DNA of 64,000 nucleotides from a virus (IMGVR_UViG_3300045944_000276:2514-66513), one strand, 5' to 3'; shown: positions 1 to 8,669, counted from the first letter of the stretch. Numbers and translations: made by a program. Notes: a model not told the origin generated them from the sequence alone.

Positions 1-1086
1 CACGATGCGCGGCAGAAGTGCCTGCGCGCGCAGCATGTCCATGAATTGCCCGTAACCCGTGCGCGTCAATTCCTGCGCCCATCCCGCCACGTTGCTCATC
101 GCGGGATTAACTGCCGCCTTGACGATGGTTTCGACGGCTTGCGAATTCGGAAAGCGCCGCGCCGCTACTGTTTCAACGTCCATCGACTTGACGCTGCTCT
201 CGTAGATACAGAGCGCCAGCTTCCCGAAGAGATTCTCCGTGTCCTTCGACTTGTCGCGGAACTGGACGATGTTCGCGCTTCCGACCTGCTCGCTCACCGG
301 TTGCGCGCCATTCGCCAGGCGGGCCTCGGCGGCTTTCAGCGAAGCGAGCTTGCCGTCGACCGCCTGCAGCTCGGCGTCGATGCCATCGACGATGGCCTTC
401 TGCGTGGTGAACTCGTCCGTGCCGGCGGCGCTCTCGCCAAGCTTCCCTGATTCGACCGCGAGCCGGTCGACCAGCTCGACTTGCTTTTCCTGCGTCTCGA
501 CGACAAGTTGAGAAATGGTCTTGCCCATTGCTTTACTCCGTTTGGGACTGCTGCTAGCGGCAACTGCCGACGGGGAGGACGACGCCGGAGCGCCGATCGC
601 GGGCAGCTGCCCTACGGCGTCCAGCGAGAAACCGAATTGCTTGGCGATCTGCACCGCGCGCGGGTGCGCAGGCACGCTGACGATCGAGGTCTCGAGGAGC
701 TCGAGCTCCCGGAAGTGAAGGCCGCCGATGTCATTCGGCTCGCCCTTGGCGCGGAAGCCGATCGAGGCGCCCAGGGGCACCCCGTCCGCAATGAGGGTTT
801 TCACCATCTGCGCGAGCGCGGTCGAGGCGAACTTGATCTCGCCAACCAGGGCGCCGGCCTCGACTTTCAGGTTTTGCCAGTAGCCGATCGGCTTCTCGCG
901 CTCGTGCTGCCAAAGGGCGATGAGCCGCTTGCGGAGATGCGGCTGGTAGGCGGCCGGGTCGATCGTGTCCTTGACGCGATCGGGCGAGGAGGCGGAAAGG
1001 ACGAAGCGCGCGTCGAATTCCGGCGCGGCGGACTTCTCGAGGGTGAGCGGGAAGCTTTTGACTAGGTCAGCGATGGCGGCGGGCAC
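1..1086 (-). CDS. Prohead protease-major capsid fusion (5' part; runs off the window)
   Basis: Translated by hand from GTG 1086. DARFVLSASSPDRVKDTID...GASIGF...ETSIVSVPAHPRA is an HK97-type protease. It continues in frame into MGKTISQLVV (ATG 528). Homologous to 32608-34524. Confidence 0.9.
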   Translation of the reverse strand, partial: MPAAIADLVKSFPLTLEKSAAPEFDARFVLSASSPDRVKDTIDPAAYQPHLRKRLIALWQHEREKPIGYWQNLKVEAGALVGEIKFASTALAQMVKTLIADGVPLGASIGFRAKGEPNDIGGLHFRELELLETSIVSVPAHPRAVQIAKQFGFSLDAVGQLPAIGAPASSSPSAVAASSSPKRSKAMGKTISQLVVETQEKQVELVDRLAVESGKLGESAAGTDEFTTQKAIVDGIDAELQAVDGKLASLKAAEARLANGAQPVSEQVGSANIVQFRDKSKDTENLFGKLALCIYESSVKSMDVETVAARRFPNSQAVETIVKAAVNPAMSNVAGWAQELTRTGYGQFMDMLRAQALLPRIV

Positions 1087-1202
1087 CGGTGAACTCCCGA
1101 GGAGCCACCGACCGCTCGCGCGATGGATTTACGCTGTGATTGATCGTCCTGCTTGCGCCGCTCGTCCTCGCGCTCGCGCCTGCCTGGACGATTGGAGGTC
1201 AT
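1062..1202 (-). CDS. Conserved Arg/Glu-rich micro-ORF (46 aa)
   Basis: MTSNRPGRREREDERRKQDDQSQRKSIA. The homologue at 34503-34640 differs over the first 30 codons mainly by synonymous changes (cgt/cgg, cca/ccc, gag/gaa). Confidence 0.65.
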   Translation of the reverse strand: MTSNRPGRREREDERRKQDDQSQRKSIARAVGGSSGVHRCPPPSLT

Positions 1203-1300
1203 TGGGAGCGGAGCCTTCCCTGCCCCTTGACCCCTGCTTGCCGACGCGCCCTGCGCGCTCCAGGCAAGCCGCAGGGGCATTCCTGATATGACTCAGACAT
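1199..1300 (-). CDS. Possible 33-aa leader peptide overlapping a hairpin
   Basis: Start, stop and length are conserved with 34637-34738, and the stop overlaps the next start. Amino-acid conservation is weak. Confidence 0.35.
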   Translation of the reverse strand: MSESYQECPCGLPGARRARRQAGVKGQGRLRSQ

Positions 1301-1331
1301 GCCCGGGATTGTGCGCGCGAGTCTGGGCGCA
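1301..1331 (-). promoter_or_regulatory. Candidate late promoter (CACAAT -10 element)
   Basis: gcgccc(a/g)gactcgcgcgcacaatccc is conserved with about 34743-34768. CACAAT lies 7 nt before the ATG in both copies. Confidence 0.45.
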
Positions 1332-1342
1332 GCACAATCGTA

Positions 1343-1645
1343 TTATTGTGTGATTTTTCCTGCGCTCGATTTCGCATAAAAATACGTTTCATGTGGAACC
1401 TCGCCGCGCAGGCAGTCGAGCACCCTGAGTAGTCGGCGGGCGAGTAGGTCGCGCGGTTCCGCGTTGCGGCCGGAGCGAAGGGCGGCCAGGGCCGACCACG
1501 AAGTTCCGACGGCGCGCGCGAGTTCGGAAGCCCGCAGGCCGCGGGCGTCGATCTCGTTAAGGATCGCCGGCCAGTCGATAGGCGCGGACACACTGGCCGC
1601 TTCAGCGGCGCGTGTTTCGATTTCGCGTTTTCTGTCCGGGTTCAT
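1343..1645 (-). CDS. XRE-type HTH protein coupled to terL
   Basis: GLRASELARAVGTSWSALAALRSGRNAEP fits an HTH pattern. ATGA overlap with terL. Homologue at 34784-35083. Confidence 0.75.
   Translation of the reverse strand: MNPDRKREIETRAAEAASVSAPIDWPAILNEIDARGLRASELARAVGTSWSALAALRSGRNAEPRDLLARRLLRVLDCLRGEVPHETYFYAKSSAGKITQ
1385..1400. promoter_or_regulatory. parS-like palindrome CGTTTCATGTGGAACC
   Basis: One mismatch to the core GTTNCACGTGNAAC. Same position as 34838-34853 in the other copy. Confidence 0.5.
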
Positions 1646-3162
1646 GCGATCAGGGCGGCGACATCGAACGCTGGCGCCGTAACCATGAAGACACCTACAG
1701 CCATCACCGCGGCCACCAGCGGGTCAATACGCTGTGTCGTGTGCGACTTGTCGAGCTTCCTGTTTCCCGCCGCATCGCGCACCACGATCGCGCTGGCGGC
1801 CGCCATGTTGAGCAGCGGATGGGCGCCGTGGCGCAGCTTCTGCTGCAAGAGGAGGGTCTCGAAGTGCTCCACGCGCGGGCTCATCGACTGGTAGCCCTGG
1901 CCGACTTCCAACCAGGTGTTGACTACGAAGCCGTTACGCTCGGCGGCCGACTTCGCCTCGACGATGCGCCAGCGGTCGAACGCGCAAACATCGACCCGCA
2001 CGCCCAGGTCGTCCAGGCGGATGCGCAGCCACTGGAAGAGGAAATCGTAGTCGATCGTGGCGCCCGGCACTGCGACCAGGTGTCCGCTCGCGACCCAGGC
2101 GGTGTACGGTGCCCGGTCCCGGAGCTCGCGTTCGGGCAACCCGCGCTCGGGCGTGAAGACGAACGGCAGGAGGTGGACGCTGCCGGCGTCGTCCTGGGCG
2201 GCCAGCACGCAGGCGGTCAGGTCGTTCCGCTGCGAGAGGTCGAGCCCGGCAGCCACCGTGCGCCCGTCCGCGAAGATCGCCTGATCAGGAGCGGCGCCGC
2301 ACGCCTTCCACACGCCGGGGGCCAGCCACTGGTGCTCGAGCGCCACGCGCTGGTTCAACACGTGGTTGCGGTACGCCGCCTCGGCGCCAGGCAGGCGCTT
2401 CGCCTCCGCGGCCTGGCGCAGCATCTCGCCCTGGTTCATGAACTCGCCGAAGTGCGGATTGGCCGCCTTGATCGCCTTCAGCCCGAATGGGTCCAGGTCA
2501 GCGGCCGCCGTGTAGAGCTCGATCTTCCTCTCCCGCTCCTCCCCGCGCAGCGCGTCGTCGATCAGCACCGACAGGAGATCGGCATCGCCCGGCGCCTGCG
2601 TGCTGATGACGATCGAGAGCGGCCGCGGCTGCTTCGCCTGCGCCGTCTCGAGCGCCTCGTAGAGCTCCGAGCGCGGTCCGCGCACCCGCCCGAGCTCGTC
2701 GTGCACCACGAAGGCCGGCGAGAGCCCGTGCGCCGTCGAGGCGTCCGCGGAGAGCGCCCGGTAGAGCGTCCCGAGTTTCGGGCACGCCAGCTGTTTCGCG
2801 GTCTCGCGCACGACCACCACTGCGGCCAGGTCCACCGACAGGCGCACGCACTTGGCCGCATACCCGAAGAGGATCGCCGCCTGGTCACGGGACTGCGCCG
2901 CCGAGAAGAGCTGGCTATTGGGCAGCGCTTCGTGACCGCACAGGTGCAGGAGCAGCAGGAACGCCGCGAACGCTGTCTTGGCGTTGCCCCGTCCCATCGA
3001 CAGGATGAAGGTCCGCGTCGGCGTGTCGTAGATCCGGCGCAGCCACCGCTTCTGGTGCGCCGTCAGCTTCACCGGCCGGCCGACGAGCCGGCCCTCCGGT
3101 ATCCGGCAGTAGTCCTCGATCCAGGCGGCGTTGCGCTGCCCGCGCGTCACTCGCTTGCCCAC
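1642..3162 (-). CDS. terL: Terminase large subunit
   Basis: Walker A-like GRGNAKT, Walker B VVHDELG, coupling motif ISTQ, nuclease motifs GLDLS and RIDPLVA. Confidence 0.95.
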   Translation of the reverse strand: MGKRVTRGQRNAAWIEDYCRIPEGRLVGRPVKLTAHQKRWLRRIYDTPTRTFILSMGRGNAKTAFAAFLLLLHLCGHEALPNSQLFSAAQSRDQAAILFGYAAKCVRLSVDLAAVVVVRETAKQLACPKLGTLYRALSADASTAHGLSPAFVVHDELGRVRGPRSELYEALETAQAKQPRPLSIVISTQAPGDADLLSVLIDDALRGEERERKIELYTAAADLDPFGLKAIKAANPHFGEFMNQGEMLRQAAEAKRLPGAEAAYRNHVLNQRVALEHQWLAPGVWKACGAAPDQAIFADGRTVAAGLDLSQRNDLTACVLAAQDDAGSVHLLPFVFTPERGLPERELRDRAPYTAWVASGHLVAVPGATIDYDFLFQWLRIRLDDLGVRVDVCAFDRWRIVEAKSAAERNGFVVNTWLEVGQGYQSMSPRVEHFETLLLQQKLRHGAHPLLNMAAASAIVVRDAAGNRKLDKSHTTQRIDPLVAAVMAVGVFMVTAPAFDVAALIA

Positions 3163-3575
3163 GGCAGGCGCCTGGGTTCCTGCTCGACGCTCGTCGCCGA
3201 GGCCTCGGCGCGATAAAGCGTCACCTGCGCGAGCCGCATCGAGTGCGCCAGCCTTTGCACCGCCCTGGTCTCGGCGAGCAGCAGCCGGCGCAGGCGCTCG
3301 TAGCGCGCGAGCCCTTCGTCGCCCTCCAGGGATGTCGGGTCAACCCGGTCCAACTGCGCGGCGATCACGTCCGCTCCCACGACGTGCCGGCAGTAATTCG
3401 CGAGCAACGGCTCGTGTTCGGGCCCGAACCATTCCGCAGGCCGGGAATTGACCGTGCGCAGCCACACCGCGCGCTCGGCCCCGTGTATCAGGCTAGCCGG
3501 CGGCCCGAGGCGGGTGACGCCCCGAATATCGGTCGCGACGACCGCCAGCGAAGATTTACGACCCCTCTGCTTCAT
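3147..3575 (-). CDS. terS: Terminase small subunit
   Basis: Directly upstream of terL. MKQRGRKS...PP...AVW...LLANYC resembles the P27 family. Confidence 0.8.
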   Translation of the reverse strand: MKQRGRKSSLAVVATDIRGVTRLGPPASLIHGAERAVWLRTVNSRPAEWFGPEHEPLLANYCRHVVGADVIAAQLDRVDPTSLEGDEGLARYERLRRLLLAETRAVQRLAHSMRLAQVTLYRAEASATSVEQEPRRLPWASE

Positions 3576-3581
3576 ACCGAT

Positions 3582-4040
3582 TTAGCGAAGGAACCTATCG
3601 GCCGCCGGTGCGCCGGCTCGCTTCGAGTCGTTCGCTTCCCCCCCGCCGGACTCGGTCGCACTCCCCCGTCGATTTGGCTTCGACCGCCGCCGCTTTCTCA
3701 GATCCGCCAGCATTTCCGTGATGAATTCGTCGCGGCCACGGATCTCCGTCGATAGATTCTCAATCACATAGCCTTCTGCAGTCAGAATGCCGATCCTTTG
3801 AGTCGAGCACGGCGCATACGCAAGAATCGGCCTCGCTATCCCACATCCGGCATTGAGGTCGTAGTGATCGAACAACCATCCGACGATAGGCACCTCATCT
3901 TCATGATAGTCGTCGTCATCGAGTAGTGTCACCACAAGCGCAGTATGACCAGTGCATGCGGGGATCATATGCTTCGCCGTCAAGCGCTCGACCTCGGCCT
4001 CACGCAGCTGACGCTCGGTAAGCTCTCTCAAGCGGGTCAT
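3582..4040 (-). CDS. Hypothetical phage protein
   Basis: ORF preceded by a GGAG RBS, between the HNH gene and terS. Confidence 0.55.
   Translation of the reverse strand: MTRLRELTERQLREAEVERLTAKHMIPACTGHTALVVTLLDDDDYHEDEVPIVGWLFDHYDLNAGCGIARPILAYAPCSTQRIGILTAEGYVIENLSTEIRGRDEFITEMLADLRKRRRSKPNRRGSATESGGGEANDSKRAGAPAADRFLR
3599..3665. other. Candidate cos/packaging site, copy 1
   Basis: 63 of 67 bp identical to 37069-37135, with unrelated flanks. Lies between the HNH gene and terS. Contains a gccgg-tgcg-ccggc dyad and a C7 run. Confidence 0.65.
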
Positions 4041-4044
4041 GGCG

Positions 4045-4338
4045 TTATCTCCAACCTGACGGCAGCCCATCGATCGCGACCGGCATGCGCTCGACATGGT
4101 TGCCGCCTTTCGCACTGTGCCGCTTCGCATCGCAGTCTATGCACAACGTGCGCAGGTTCGACAGCACGAGCGCCAGGTCAGGCCGCTTGCGCCTCGGCTC
4201 GACGTGATCAACCCGGCTTTCGCCCTTGCCGCGCACGCTGCGTTCGCAGATCGTGCATTTCCAGTGATCACGCTTGAGCGCCTTGTAGCGCAGCTCCCGC
4301 CAGGCGTTCGAGGAATAGAACGGGTCCGTGCCCTTCAT
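4045..4338 (-). CDS. Terminase-associated HNH endonuclease (HK97 gp74-like)
   Basis: FYSSNAWRELR...CTIC...VDHVEP...SNLRTLCIDCD, located upstream of terS. Confidence 0.9.
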   Translation of the reverse strand: MKGTDPFYSSNAWRELRYKALKRDHWKCTICERSVRGKGESRVDHVEPRRKRPDLALVLSNLRTLCIDCDAKRHSAKGGNHVERMPVAIDGLPSGWR

Positions 4339-4466
4339 GATCGTCCTTCCCACACGTCGTTGAGCAGCGCCAATTCTGCGTTCGTCGGCAGTCTGCCCGC
4401 AATTCTGCGAAGTTTCCACGACAGCCACAGGTAGCGGATGTGGCGGATGAGCGGCCAGCGCTTCAC
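4335..4466 (-). CDS. Conserved small protein (MKRWPLIRHIRYLW)
   Basis: Nearly identical to 38051-38182. Confidence 0.75.
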   Translation of the reverse strand: MKRWPLIRHIRYLWLSWKLRRIAGRLPTNAELALLNDVWEGRS

Positions 4467-4582
4467 GGCTTCTCCTTCCTTCTTCTCTGGTAATACTTGA
4501 AGTGAAGGAAGCCGTGCGACATACCGCACGATCTGTAGCGAACGTGCTTGCCGCAATTACTGCATCGCGTCCGGTATCTCAC
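4463..4582 (-). CDS. Small CxxC protein
   Basis: GTGA overlaps at both ends. Contains CSNC. Confidence 0.45.
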   Translation of the reverse strand: MRYRTRCSNCGKHVRYRSCGMSHGFLHFKYYQRRRKEKP

Positions 4583-4610
4583 GCGAGCACCCACGCCAGC
4601 ACGTCGGGCT

Positions 4611-4796
4611 TCATCGCTTCCACCACGACGGCAGCACCACGTCAAACCAGTGCGTCCACTGGCGCGTCCTCGTGCCGCACGTTACCGCGCAACTCCACGT
4701 CTTATAGACCTTGCGCTTATGGATGCGGAAACTCGGCATCTGCTGGCGGATGAAGCCGATAAACACACGTCCAGGTAGGCGCATGATCCGGATCAT
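4611..4796 (-). CDS. Hypothetical basic protein
   Basis: ATGA overlaps at both ends. Confidence 0.45.
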   Translation of the reverse strand: MIRIMRLPGRVFIGFIRQQMPSFRIHKRKVYKTWSCAVTCGTRTRQWTHWFDVVLPSWWKR

Positions 4797-4888
4797 GCCA
4801 GCACCCACGCCAGCACGAAGGCAGAGACCATCAGCACGATCGCCGCGATGACGATGAAGGGCAGGTTGTCCTCCTCGTCGTGTTTCAT
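4793..4888 (-). CDS. Single-TM micro-protein (31 aa)
   Basis: [31 protein letters not shown] with a GGAGG RBS. Homologue at 38893-38991. Confidence 0.75.
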   Translation of the reverse strand: MKHDEEDNLPFIVIAAIVLMVSAFVLAWVLA

Positions 4889-4970
4889 GCGGCCACCTCC
4901 GGACCACCTGACGGACCACCTATGCATGACGAGGTGGTCCGTAAATTCACGTTTCGATTCATGGCTTGAA

Positions 4971-5136
4971 CCCACCTAACCCAACTAACCCTCCTTTTCT
5001 CTATGTGTTCTCCCATATATCTATAACCTCTTTATCCTTTAGGTGGGTTAGGTGGGTTAGGTGGGTAAAGTAGTTGGTTTAAAACCGGAAATGTGCGGAC
5101 CACCTACTAACCCACCTGGATGGAGGTGGGTTAGGT
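4971..5136. repeat. Iteron cluster, probable replication origin 1
   Basis: Several AACCCACCT/AGGTGGGTT copies in both orientations around an AT-rich stretch, downstream of the VirE gene. Confidence 0.65.
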
Positions 5137-5404
5137 TCGGTGACTCGCGCCGAGTGTATTCCGCCACCCATTTCACCGCCTGGCTGACCGCCTGCTCATA
5201 GGCAAGTTCGCGCGCCCGGACATTCGGCGCACCGCGAGCCTGCGCCGTCACCATCGCCTGCCACGCCCGCCAGATCCTCACTTCCAGGCCCGGCACGTTC
5301 TTGCCCAACAACTTCCAGCACCGTTTGCACAGGCCATGCCACCGCTGCGAGTGCCCGCAGGGCTCGAGAGTTATCTCGCGCTCTAGCTCGTCTCGTTCGT
5401 CCAT
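5057..5404 (-). CDS. Hypothetical Cys-containing protein
   Basis: MDERDELE...PCGH...CKRC. Follows the VirE gene. Confidence 0.5.
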   Translation of the reverse strand: MDERDELEREITLEPCGHSQRWHGLCKRCWKLLGKNVPGLEVRIWRAWQAMVTAQARGAPNVRARELAYEQAVSQAVKWVAEYTRRESPNLTHLHPGGLVGGPHISGFKPTTLPT

Positions 5405-6744
5405 AGCCGCAGATACCTGCCCTTCTCCCACTGACGGGACTTTCTCCAGCCGTGCGCCGTCAGCACATCGGCCACCCGCATCTGTGCCTGCTTGTCGAAG
5501 TGCTTCACCTCCAGCCCTAGATCCCCCAGCACATCCGGTATCGACACCCGTGTCCTGAGCGAGACGAACGACAGGATCGCGTCTTCCCACGGATCGGCAT
5601 GGCGCCGGTCCTCCTGCGCCTGGCGCGTGGCCTCCTCCGGCATCTGCCACCACGGCTCGCCTCGCCGGAAACGCGCCACCGCCTCCGCGAACAACTGCTC
5701 GCGCTGCTCGCGCAGGAGCTCCAGCCGGATCTCTCCGCAGCGCACCGGCCAGAAACGCCGCGCCCCGGTCGCATCGCGCAGGTAGCCGTTGTCGTTGGTG
5801 GTGCCGCAGAACACGGTAAAGCGCGGGTGATCCTGCGAGCGCGCCCCGTAGGGCGAGCGGTAGCGATCGACCCGGCACGTCACCACCTGTTTCACGCGCG
5901 CGGTGTCGGCACGTCCGAAGGCGTCCATCTCGGTGATCTCGACCAGGAGCTTCCCCTGCAACGACAGAAAAAAATCCTTGTCGCGCAGGCTTTCGTGCGC
6001 CTCCGAATACCAATCACCCCCGACCAGGCGCAGCGCGCTCGACTTGCCGATGCCCTGCGCGCCCTCGAGAATCAGCATGTTGTCCACCTGGCAGCCTGGC
6101 TGGAGCGCCCGAGCGGCGAGCGACAACCAGAAATTGCGCGACGCGCAGCGCGTGTACTCATCATCGGCCGAGCCCATTACGTCGGTCAGGAAGTGCTCTA
6201 GGCGCTCGATGCCGTCGTGATGGAGCGATTCGAGCCAGTTGCGGCATTCGTTCTGGGTGTTCTTGCGCGCGACCAGGTTGACCGCCCGGCGCACGATGTC
6301 TACCCCCATCTTCGGCATCCCGCAGTCGCGCTGCACCCATACCGCGGCCTCGATGTCGTCGGTGTCGAGCCACTGCTCGGGAACGGCCGCGCCGTTCAGG
6401 CGATAGACGCGGCCATGAAATTCATCGAACCAGATCCGCGTTTTCCAGTCCGGGTGGTTCTGCAGCAACTGGCAGGCGTTTCGCTCGTTGCAGAACGGGA
6501 CTTGCCTGTCGTTCAATTCAAGGCCGCATTCGCGCCACATCGACAGGCGTTCCACTATCGACTCCACCATTGCCGTGGCCGGCGTGGGAAAGAGCGCGTT
6601 CACTCGACGTTTCTTGCCCCTCGAGGCCTTGCGCTTGGCGAGTACGTTCGCCGCATGATTGACCAGGCTCCCATCGGTGCCGTCGCCGTAGAAATCGGCA
6701 GAGGCCCCCGGGTCCGACGACCCGGGCTTCTGGGACTTGCTCAT
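5383..6744 (-). CDS. VirE/VapE-family ATPase (primase-associated helicase)
   Basis: PGCQVDNMLILEGAQGIGKSS Walker A. DRYRSPYG and GTTN...YLRDATGARRFWPV signatures. Confidence 0.9.
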   Translation of the reverse strand: MSKSQKPGSSDPGASADFYGDGTDGSLVNHAANVLAKRKASRGKKRRVNALFPTPATAMVESIVERLSMWRECGLELNDRQVPFCNERNACQLLQNHPDWKTRIWFDEFHGRVYRLNGAAVPEQWLDTDDIEAAVWVQRDCGMPKMGVDIVRRAVNLVARKNTQNECRNWLESLHHDGIERLEHFLTDVMGSADDEYTRCASRNFWLSLAARALQPGCQVDNMLILEGAQGIGKSSALRLVGGDWYSEAHESLRDKDFFLSLQGKLLVEITEMDAFGRADTARVKQVVTCRVDRYRSPYGARSQDHPRFTVFCGTTNDNGYLRDATGARRFWPVRCGEIRLELLREQREQLFAEAVARFRRGEPWWQMPEEATRQAQEDRRHADPWEDAILSFVSLRTRVSIPDVLGDLGLEVKHFDKQAQMRVADVLTAHGWRKSRQWEKGRYLRLWTNETS

Positions 6745-7190
6745 TAACTCCCCAATATCGACAAGGCATCTTCAATACTTCGCGCGACACCGGCGACGCC
6801 GTGATTGGCCCTGCACTTGGCGAGCATGAATTCCTGCTCGTCGGTGAGCCGTCCCTTTTCCGCCTTGCACTCGATCATCAGGATGCGCCCGTCCGTCAAC
6901 TGCCCCAGGAGGTCAGGGCAGCCGGGGAAACCGAAGCGCACGAACCGCCCGTCCGGGGTCTTGTAGGCGCCCGAATTGATTCTCGCGAACCAGACCACCT
7001 TCGGGTGATAGCGCAGCGTCTTCATGACCGCGTTGAGCACGCCCTGCTCCAAGTGTTTGTTCGTTCGTTTAGGCCCAGGATCGTGGGCACCGATCGCCGT
7101 CGGATCACCCCAGAGGAGGCCTGACTGCCACAACTCCCGGTTACTGATCTTCACGCCTTCAGGTCCTCGAGCAGCACCACGACCCCACAC
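6744..7190 (-). CDS. VRR-NUC domain nuclease
   Basis: GCPDLLG...IECKAEKGRLTDEQ PD-(D/E)xK motif. Start is uncertain. Confidence 0.85.
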   Translation of the reverse strand: MWGRGAARGPEGVKISNRELWQSGLLWGDPTAIGAHDPGPKRTNKHLEQGVLNAVMKTLRYHPKVVWFARINSGAYKTPDGRFVRFGFPGCPDLLGQLTDGRILMIECKAEKGRLTDEQEFMLAKCRANHGVAGVARSIEDALSILGS

Positions 7191-7393
7191 GTCTTACACG
7201 CCACCTCCTGCGCGCACGTCACGTCCTGGAACTCACTTCCATCGCAATGTGGGCAGTGCGGGACATTGATCCCGAGCGCGACATACTGATACGAGCCCTT
7301 CTCATCCCAATGCGTGACGAGGCGCTCGGGGACGGTGACGGGGATGGGCTCCTCGGTGCCGTACAGACGCACGGTGACGGGCTCCTCGGTCAT
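7151..7393 (-). CDS. Small zinc-ribbon protein
   Basis: CPHC...CKTC. ATGA overlap with the upstream gene. Confidence 0.55.
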   Translation of the reverse strand: MTEEPVTVRLYGTEEPIPVTVPERLVTHWDEKGSYQYVALGINVPHCPHCDGSEFQDVTCAQEVACKTCGVVVLLEDLKA

Positions 7394-7578
7394 GCGGCCC
7401 TCCTCCGCGCCTGCCGGCACGCGGTGCACCGGCTCTGGCCGTTGGCATCGACCCAGGTGTTGTACGCCCTGGCGTGACCGCAACCGAAGGTTTCGATCAC
7501 GATCACGCGGACCGGGCGCTTGCCGGCCAGGCGCTCGAGGAGTTCGCGGTGGAGCTGCTCGCGGGTCGTGCGGTTCAT
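7390..7578 (-). CDS. Conserved small Cys protein
   Basis: Near-identical homologue at 41774-41974. Confidence 0.75.
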   Translation of the reverse strand: MNRTTREQLHRELLERLAGKRPVRVIVIETFGCGHARAYNTWVDANGQSRCTACRQARRRAA

Positions 7579-7605
7579 CGCCTAGCCTTCCGTGCCCAGG
7601 GCTTG

Positions 7606-7848
7606 CTAGGGATGCCCGACCAGGTCGCCGGCGGTGAGGGCGACCGCTTTCGCGTGCGCGAGCTTTAGAAGCGTCCAGTGATATTTCGCCGGGATGAGCC
7701 CCGCGCCACCCTTGCTTATCTGCCATTTGCTGACGGCAGAGGGGTCGAGGCTGAGCTCGCGCGCGAGGGCGCGCACGCCGCCGAACTTGGCGATGACCGA
7801 GGCGGCCGGCTCGCACCGCTGGCCGGTCATTTTTCCCGTCTGATTCAT
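7606..7848 (-). CDS. Cro/YdaS-like regulator
   Basis: VIAKFGGVRALARELSLDPSAVSKW...IP. Divergent from the repressor gene. Confidence 0.85.
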   Translation of the reverse strand: MNQTGKMTGQRCEPAASVIAKFGGVRALARELSLDPSAVSKWQISKGGAGLIPAKYHWTLLKLAHAKAVALTAGDLVGHP

Positions 7849-7933
7849 GCAGTTAGTGCCATATAATGGCTCTGTTGACCGATTCGCTACGAAAAGGCAC
7901 AATGGTATGAATCGTAGAGTTAAGCGCAATTAT

Positions 7934-7950
7934 ATTGAGAAAACCTCAAC
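7934..7950. promoter_or_regulatory. Operator ATTGAG-N5-CTCAAC
   Basis: Dyad between cro and cI. Matches GTTGAG-N5-CTCAAT at 8670-8686. Confidence 0.6.
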
Positions 7951-7999
7951 GCGCAACCGCCGAATACGGGGTGGAGGAAAAAAGAAGGGAAACCGCCGT

Positions 8000-8599
8000 A
8001 TGAGCAGAGGACGATTCGATAGATTATGGTTTCAGCAGCGCTTTCGCGAATGTGGCCTCCTGACGCAACGCAGCGTCGCGAAGCTACTCGGTTGCGATCC
8101 CGCGTCGGTCTCCATGCTGTACCAGGGCAAGCGCGCGCTGCGCATCGACGAGGCGCGCATCATCTCGGCCCAGATCGGGAGAGGCGTGCAGGAAGTGCTC
8201 AAGCGCGCGGGCATCGACATCGCGCCACAGGTGAAACTCATTGGACGGGTCGAGAGCGACGGCGCTGTGACCCTGCTCGCGAAGGGCGACGAGGCCGAGG
8301 TCGACGCGCCGCGCGACCTGCCGCAAGGAGCCTATGCGCTCCAGGTGCGCACGCATTTCTCCCGCCTCGCCGCCTTCGATCGCTGGATCTTGTTCGTCTC
8401 GGGCTTGCGCGAGGAGCCGGCGCAACTGCTGAATCGGCTCGCGCTGATCGGCGAGCACGACGGCAAGATGTGGCTCGGCTATCTGACCGAAGGCTACAAG
8501 AGCGGCACCGTAAGCATCCAGCTCGCCGACAATATCCGCCAGAATGTGACGGCGATCTGGGCCATGCGCGTGCTCTCTGCAGACGGCCCTCGGAGTTAG
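8000..8599 (+). CDS. CI-like repressor (HTH plus degenerate S24-like domain)
   Basis: LTQRSVAKLLGCDPASVSMLYQGKR HTH, followed by VKLIGRV...GAYALQVR. Confidence 0.8.
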   Translation: MSRGRFDRLWFQQRFRECGLLTQRSVAKLLGCDPASVSMLYQGKRALRIDEARIISAQIGRGVQEVLKRAGIDIAPQVKLIGRVESDGAVTLLAKGDEAEVDAPRDLPQGAYALQVRTHFSRLAAFDRWILFVSGLREEPAQLLNRLALIGEHDGKMWLGYLTEGYKSGTVSIQLADNIRQNVTAIWAMRVLSADGPRS

Positions 8600-8669
8600 G
8601 CAACGAATGACCCCCTTTCCCCTGGAGGCCCGCGGCGGGTCCGTGACGCTTCCCTTTTTTCTGCATTGC

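Noticed and set aside
1612-3216. Long antisense or alternate-frame ORFs (also 24923-26443, 29704-31302, 32578-33945, 51212-53092)
   Set aside because: These are shadows of real genes in GC-rich DNA, with no motifs.
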